Shown here in pieces: positions 58,654 through 64,000 of a stretch of 64,000 nucleotides of DNA; within the stretch, counting starts at the first letter, position 1; each line of letters begins with the position of its first letter. The position numbers and the translations under genes are program-made. This DNA comes from Emiliania huxleyi CCMP1516 (Eukaryota), in NCBI RefSeq assembly GCF_000372725.1, contig NW_005201213.1:62001-126000 (forward strand), given 5' to 3'. A model generated the notes under the pieces. It saw nothing but the letters and a program-made list of their open reading frames with translations, was not told where the DNA came from and ran no database searches.

Positions 58654-61143
58654 CCTCGATCGCCGTGCAAAGCTCGCTTCCGAGCTCTCACGCCGCGCGT
58701 AGGGCCCTTAGGGGCCTAGAGAACACAACCCCCTCTCTCTTTTCTCCCAGTAAGCTATAAGTACGTACGCTATTACGAGAAGAAGCCGACGGGAGTTCAT
58801 TATAGCTCCGAGTAGAGGGGGCGGTCTGCTGCTAGGGGAAACCCGGAGCGCGGAGCCAACCCTCGGAGACCCGTGTTTACTTTAAGGCCCTTGCCCTGCG
58901 AACGCGCGCCCCCCCCTAGCTAGGGGTCAGGGCTCTCTAGCCCGTAGCCCGATGCCAATCATCCGGCCCGCTGGGTGTGCTTCTTAGCCCCCCGGCCCTG
59001 GATGTGCGGTTACTGACTGCACTCCAAGTGCTCCAAGTTGTGGTAATTCTTTCTTTCTGCACACGCGATTTCACCTTCCGTTCGGATCGGGGGGGGGGTA
59101 GGCGCGTGCTAACCACCCCAGAGGTGGGGCAGTGAGCGGTGGCCTGCTGAGGAAGGCGCGCGGGCCACCGCTGGAGGTAATTGATGGTCGGCTCGTGGTC
59201 GAACTTGATGGAGCCATCCGGATTGTCGCGCCAGCAATCCTTGTTGCAGCCGAGCTCGGGGTCGGTGACGATCTGCCGCTGGCTCCCCGTCAGTGGCTGC
59301 ATCGAGTGCCGGCCCATGAGCGCTGCCAACTCGTCCTGTGCGAGTGGGCAGCCGCTCCGGAGCGCGAGCGTCAGCCTCGCCATGTCCGCTTGCGACGGAA
59401 GCATGCACGCGATGAACTCGAAGAGCGATCGCTCGCCAAAGATAGGGTGCCCACAGGACCCCAAAAAAAGAAAAGAAAGGTGACGAGGCGTGCCGTGTGC
59501 CAGCAGAGTTGGGCGCGCGCGGCGCGACGGCGCCCGCGAGGGAAGGCGCGGGTGCAGCGGCCGCCGGCGGTCGTACCGCCCGTCCCCCCTCGGCGTTATT
59601 TGTCTCTGTCGTCTCCGCCTCCCCAATCTCGGGATCCTGGGCACGGCGCTCATCTGCGCCCCGGTCCCCGCCTCGCCCTCGCTGTCGTCTCTCTCCTCTT
59701 CTTCCTCCTGTACGAGTCATTCTTCGGAGACCGTACAGCTGTGCATCGCATCGATCTTCCTTTTCGTGGGAGCCAGCTGGTGGGAGCACTAGCTTGAAGC
59801 CCGCCCAGCAGCTCCCTAAGTCGTTAGTATCACCCGTTTCGCTCGCCCACTGCCGCTCCCTGCTCCCGGGGGGGGCGCAGCTTTCCGCACGATCGGGCAC
59901 AGCGGGTGAGGCCTCGCTCTATTGCCGCCCTCGCCGCCGCGTATCTCGCGTGGCGAGTAGGTAAGGACCCGAGCGAGTCGACCTCTTGTTGAGTGCGCGC
60001 CGAGCGACATGGCCAGCTCTCCAGCTCGTCGTTTGGTCACCAGGAGTGGAGCGAAAGCCGCCTGAACCTCAGGACGTGCCACGTGGACCCATCCTTCCTT
60101 GTCCCACTTATCGAATTTGCCGAGGCGAGAGTACTCGTCCGAATTCCGGCGTTTTTCATATTTCCCACCCTACTACACTATTCCCGCGTGAGGGGTCACC
60201 ACTGCATAGTGCGATTGGTCCTGCCGCGCACACCACAAAACGTATTTAGCAAACAACAATAGACGTCCAGGCTCACACAGTTGACACGGTCGGGGAAAGT
60301 CGAGCTTCTCCGCATGACTCGCTTTTTGGAGATACCGCTTCCCGGAGGCATGCTTGTTTCCTTTTGACGTCTGCGCCTTGTCTGTCGTGTGAATCGTGCG
60401 TGTGCGAGAGCCTTTTGTTGTGAAATTCCTTTTGACAGGGGGGGGGGGGGGGGAGGAACCTCTTCGTCCCAAGTGCCAAGAGCGCGCGCCAGCCTGTGTG
60501 TGCAGTCTCAAATAGATAGCGCCTCCCAATCGCCACCACGCACCATGGCGCTGCGCGAACAGCGCCGGGCGATGACGGCTATTACTTACCTGTTGGCTCT
60601 CTTCACAACAGGCTGTGTGTTTTGACCCTGTTGTTCGCTTGCTGATATGTGTCGTCTGATGTGTCACTGTGTGCGTCATATCAGTCTTGATAACAAGTAC
60701 GGTCGATCCGTCAAAGCGATACACTCGTTCCTATCACATATTCTCCCACCCACCGGGACGCAAAACGCTCTCGGCGAGAGCCACAAGAAGGCGTCCACAC
60801 AGCAAGCCGCTCGTCGGACAGGCGTGCTCGCTCGATGCCGGCGAGCGCATTGCGCACGCTTTGGACGGTGGCGAAGCCAAAAACACCGATGGTGGCCGTC
60901 CGCTGGCGTGAGCGGCGGCGGTCGAGACCTCACCCTTCTCGCCGACGACCCAACTTACGCGGAACAACCCAGGCCCAACCCAACCCAAAAAGTACGATTC
61001 TCCTGTTGGGCCCTCGGCAACGTTTGTCGGAGCATAGAACCGGCCTCTCTAGAGCTGAACTTCTCCCTTCCTCTGCTTGTGTGCGCCTGCGGCGCGATTT
61101 TCCCTCCCTATCCTCTTCACAGCGGGGGTTTGACTTCTTTGAG

Positions 61144-61585
61144 AGAGAGAGATTTTTAGCAATACCAAACAAATCTAACACTCACACGTCATTTGGGGCC
61201 TGCCTGGAGCCCTGTTCACGCGCGCGCGAGACGTGCAGACAGGGTTGCCAGGTGAGAGCGAATGGCGCGGTTCACGCCTCGCACAACAGAGAGAGAGATG
61301 CGCTCTGCATGGTGGGACATAAAAGAGAGCGAGTACTTGGGCGAGTAGGCCGTGCGGTCGACGCTGCCGCGCGCGACTTTGCGCGCGAGGCGGCGCAGCT
61401 TGAGAACGGCGGTGGGCGAGAAGCCGCCGCCGAACGTCTCGTGGAGCAGCAGGTTGAAGTTGTTGCGCTTGACAAAGATCGCGTCGTGGTAGAAACCGCG
61501 ATGCGCCTTGACGTAGCCGTGGCCGGTCTTGTGGGAGAAGGGTTGGCCGGGCTGCCCGCGCGTTGCAGCCCTTTTTTTTGTTTTG
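61144..61585 (-). mobile_element. CRE-like family A copy
   Basis: Reverse complement of the 63310-63743 region. TSD TCTTTGAG at 61136-61143 and 61586-61593. Confidence 0.75.
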
Positions 61586-61840
61586 TCTTTGAGTCCCTCT
61601 CCTTCGCTCTTCAGGGGCGCTGGCGCCGGCAACATCTGCTTGGAGGGCAACATCTGCTTGGCGTGAGGAGTGGGGAGGGTGTCTGTGGTGGGCTGTAGTC
61701 CTACTACTACTACTACACACACACACACACACACGCGGCTTGTTGGCCCTCTTCACAGCAGGCTGTGTTTCAAGGCCTGTTCTGCGCTCGCTCACCGCCG
61801 GGCGCCCAGCTTCTCGCCACTGCCTCGTCCTTGTCCTGGC

Positions 61841-62893
61841 ATGTCGGCGTCCGGCGCCTTCCCGGCGGCAGCGGGGACGTCATCCAGCAAAGCCGGCGCT
61901 CCTGCGCCCGCCGCGTCGGGCCAGTCCGTCAACAAGCGGTGCGTGCGCGCGCGCCCCCTCCACACGCGCGCGAGCACAGGAGCTGCCCGGACCGCCGCAA
62001 GAGAGGCTGAGCAGAGGAGAAAAGGGGGCGCGCGCGCTGTGGTCTGTGCGGGCGGCGCAAGCCATTTTGGCGCGGCGAGGCGCGTCCCCGCCGCCCTGCG
62101 CCCCGCATGACTGAGCTGCCCTGGCGCGTCCCGCTGCGCAGGCTGCAGTCGGAGCTCATGTCGCTCATGATGGGCGGCGACGCGGGCATCTCTGCGTTCC
62201 CTGACGGGGACAACATCTTTCAGTGGACGGGCACGATCACGGGCGGCGCTGGGACGGTGCGCCGCTGTGAGGCCTCGCGATCCGCCGCAGCGCTGCTGCG
62301 CGCGCACGCAACGCTCTTGCATCGCGCGCGCTGACGCCGCGCTCCCTCGCAGGTGTACGAGGGCCTCACCTTCAAGCTGTCGCTCAAATTCCCGACTGGC
62401 TACCCGTACGAGGCGCCCGCGGTCACCTTCAACCCGCCCAGCTGCTTCCACCCCAACGTGGACCAGTACGGCAACATCTGCTTGGACATCCTCAAGGAGA
62501 AGTGGTCGGCCGTGTACAACGTGCGCACCATCCTCCTCTCCATCCAGTCGCTGCTTGGTGCGCGCCTCTCGGGAGACACACACACGCACACACGTACCGC
62601 GGAGGGGGAGCCAGCGCTCTCCCCCTTCCCCCTCGCCGCCTGCCCGAGTCTCGCTCACAAGCGCTCGGCGCGCCATCTCAGGGGATCCAAACCTCGACTC
62701 GCCGCTCAACGGGCACGCCGCCTCGCTATGGCCGAACCAGGCTGACTTCAAAAAGGCGCGCCTCTCTCCGCGCCCGCGGAGCGGCTCGCGCCGCCGCTCC
62801 TCCGACCCCCTCTCCGACCCCCCCCTTCCCCCCATGGAGCAGGCGCTGCTCAAGCACAAGAGCAGCTTGCCCTCCGGCGAGCGGAGGCCGTAG
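61841..62893 (+). CDS. UBE2C: Ubiquitin-conjugating enzyme E2 C (UbcH10-type)
   Basis: [29 protein letters not shown] and [24 protein letters not shown]. Introns 61939-62141, 62257-62352, 62558-62681 and 62756-62842. Confidence 0.9.
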
Positions 62894-63166
62894 GACCGGC
62901 GCGCAGCCGCGGCGGCGGGCGATGCGGCGCCCAGGCCAACAGATGCCGCGGCGCGCTTAGAGAGCCCACGCGCGGAGCGGAGGGCGAGAGCAGAGCGCTC
63001 GGAGAGAGGTCGGGTGTAAGTCGGGGGCGATTCGCAGGGCCAGGGCGGGATGTGAGCTTGTTTGCGGGAGGCAGTGCGGGTTAACGCGCGACATGCAGAG
63101 TTGACTTTTAGAGGCTGATGCTGATGCTGTTCTACACACCTTGATCCTTGTGGCTTACAGATACAG

Positions 63167-63743
63167 CAAACAAGGACGCCCCTCCTCAAGACCTCGAGCT
63201 CAAGACCTCCTCGCCGGGCGTTGGCAACGCCTCGAGTGGCGGCACGCCCGCCTCCGTTGGCCACTCCTACGCCTTCGGCAACACCGAAGAAAAGGCCCGC
63301 CGCCTAAACATGGGCTGCAAGGCGCGCGGGCAGCCCGGCCAACCCTTCGACCACAACGGACCGGCCACACGGCTACGTCAAGGCGCATCGCGGTTTCTAC
63401 CACGACGCGATCTTTGTCAAGCGCAACAACTTCAACCTGCTGCTCCACGAGACGTTCGGCGGCGGCTTCTCGCCCACCGCCGTTCTCAAGCTGCGCCGCC
63501 TCGCGCGCAAAGTCGCGCGCGGCAGCGTTGACCGCACGGCCTACTCGCCCAAGTACTCGCTCTCTTTTATGTCCCACCATGCAGAGCGCATCTCTCTCTC
63601 TGTTGTGCGAGGCGTGAACCGCGCCATTCGCTCTCACCTGGCAACCCTGTCTGCACGTCTCGCGCGCGCGTGAACAGGGCTCCAGGCCCCAAATGACGTG
63701 TGTGAGTGTTAGAGTTGTTTGGTATTGCTAAAAATCTCTCTCT
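63167..63743 (+). mobile_element. Longest CRE-like family A copy (frameshifted)
   Basis: DLELK...HETFGGGF...RISLSVVRGVNRAI. TSD CAGATACAG at 63158-63166 and 63744-63752. Confidence 0.75.
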
Positions 63744-64000
63744 CAGATACAGACCCCGTACTGCCCTTACACATCTGATCAGACATCTGTGAAGTGTCAT
63801 CTCACCTTCCCCGTTCCCAAGATTCCGGACCGAACACTTTTACACAATAAATAATAAATAAATACAACGGACATCCCAAGCTACGGCTGGGTCGAGGACA
63901 GACACGTCCCCACCTTTGCAGGATTTTGCAAAAGCGAGGGGGGAGGGCGCATCGAACACTTTTACACGGCTCATTCCAAGGCCTAGTTTTTCTTTTTCGC

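Noticed and set aside
58937..60130. Minus-strand ORF remnants, possibly a decayed element
   Set aside because: Stops and frameshifts, and no motif I can identify.
61144..63743. UBE2C bracketed by inverted LINE copies as a composite transposon
   Set aside because: Each copy has its own TSD, so they are independent insertions.

Overview
Eukaryotic, very GC-rich draft-assembly window with three N gaps. Intron style (many GC-AG), GGGGAGATAT/GGCTAATCTC minisatellites, TTAGGG-type arrays and gene content suggest a haptophyte such as Emiliania/Gephyrocapsa huxleyi (inference, not verified). Recognisable genes: CRT-like transporter, several F-box/RCC1 paralogues, MUS81, ARM protein, DcpS, kinesin-PH, aldo-keto reductase-ShKT, ANK-TM-RING ligase, Aquarius N-terminus, claudin-like protein, gelsolin/severin, a large ANK-kinase-RING protein, a TIR-like fragment and UBE2C. 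Mobile DNA includes CRE-like and RNase H-bearing non-LTR fragments, a DIRS-like fragment, a CAC-ended MITE and small retroposed repeats. An inverted duplication spanning about 9.6 kb around an N gap is probably two haplotypes. The most striking signal is a recurrent insertion signature: a direct duplication of 8-34 bp around minisatellite or A/C-rich filler DNA. In MUS81 and the reductase, such insertions sit in coding sequence and are removable as exact GC-AG introns, which suggests an active intron-gain process. Truncated CRE-like LINE copies each carry (CAAA)n filler at their 5' junction. All domain calls are from motif recognition by eye.
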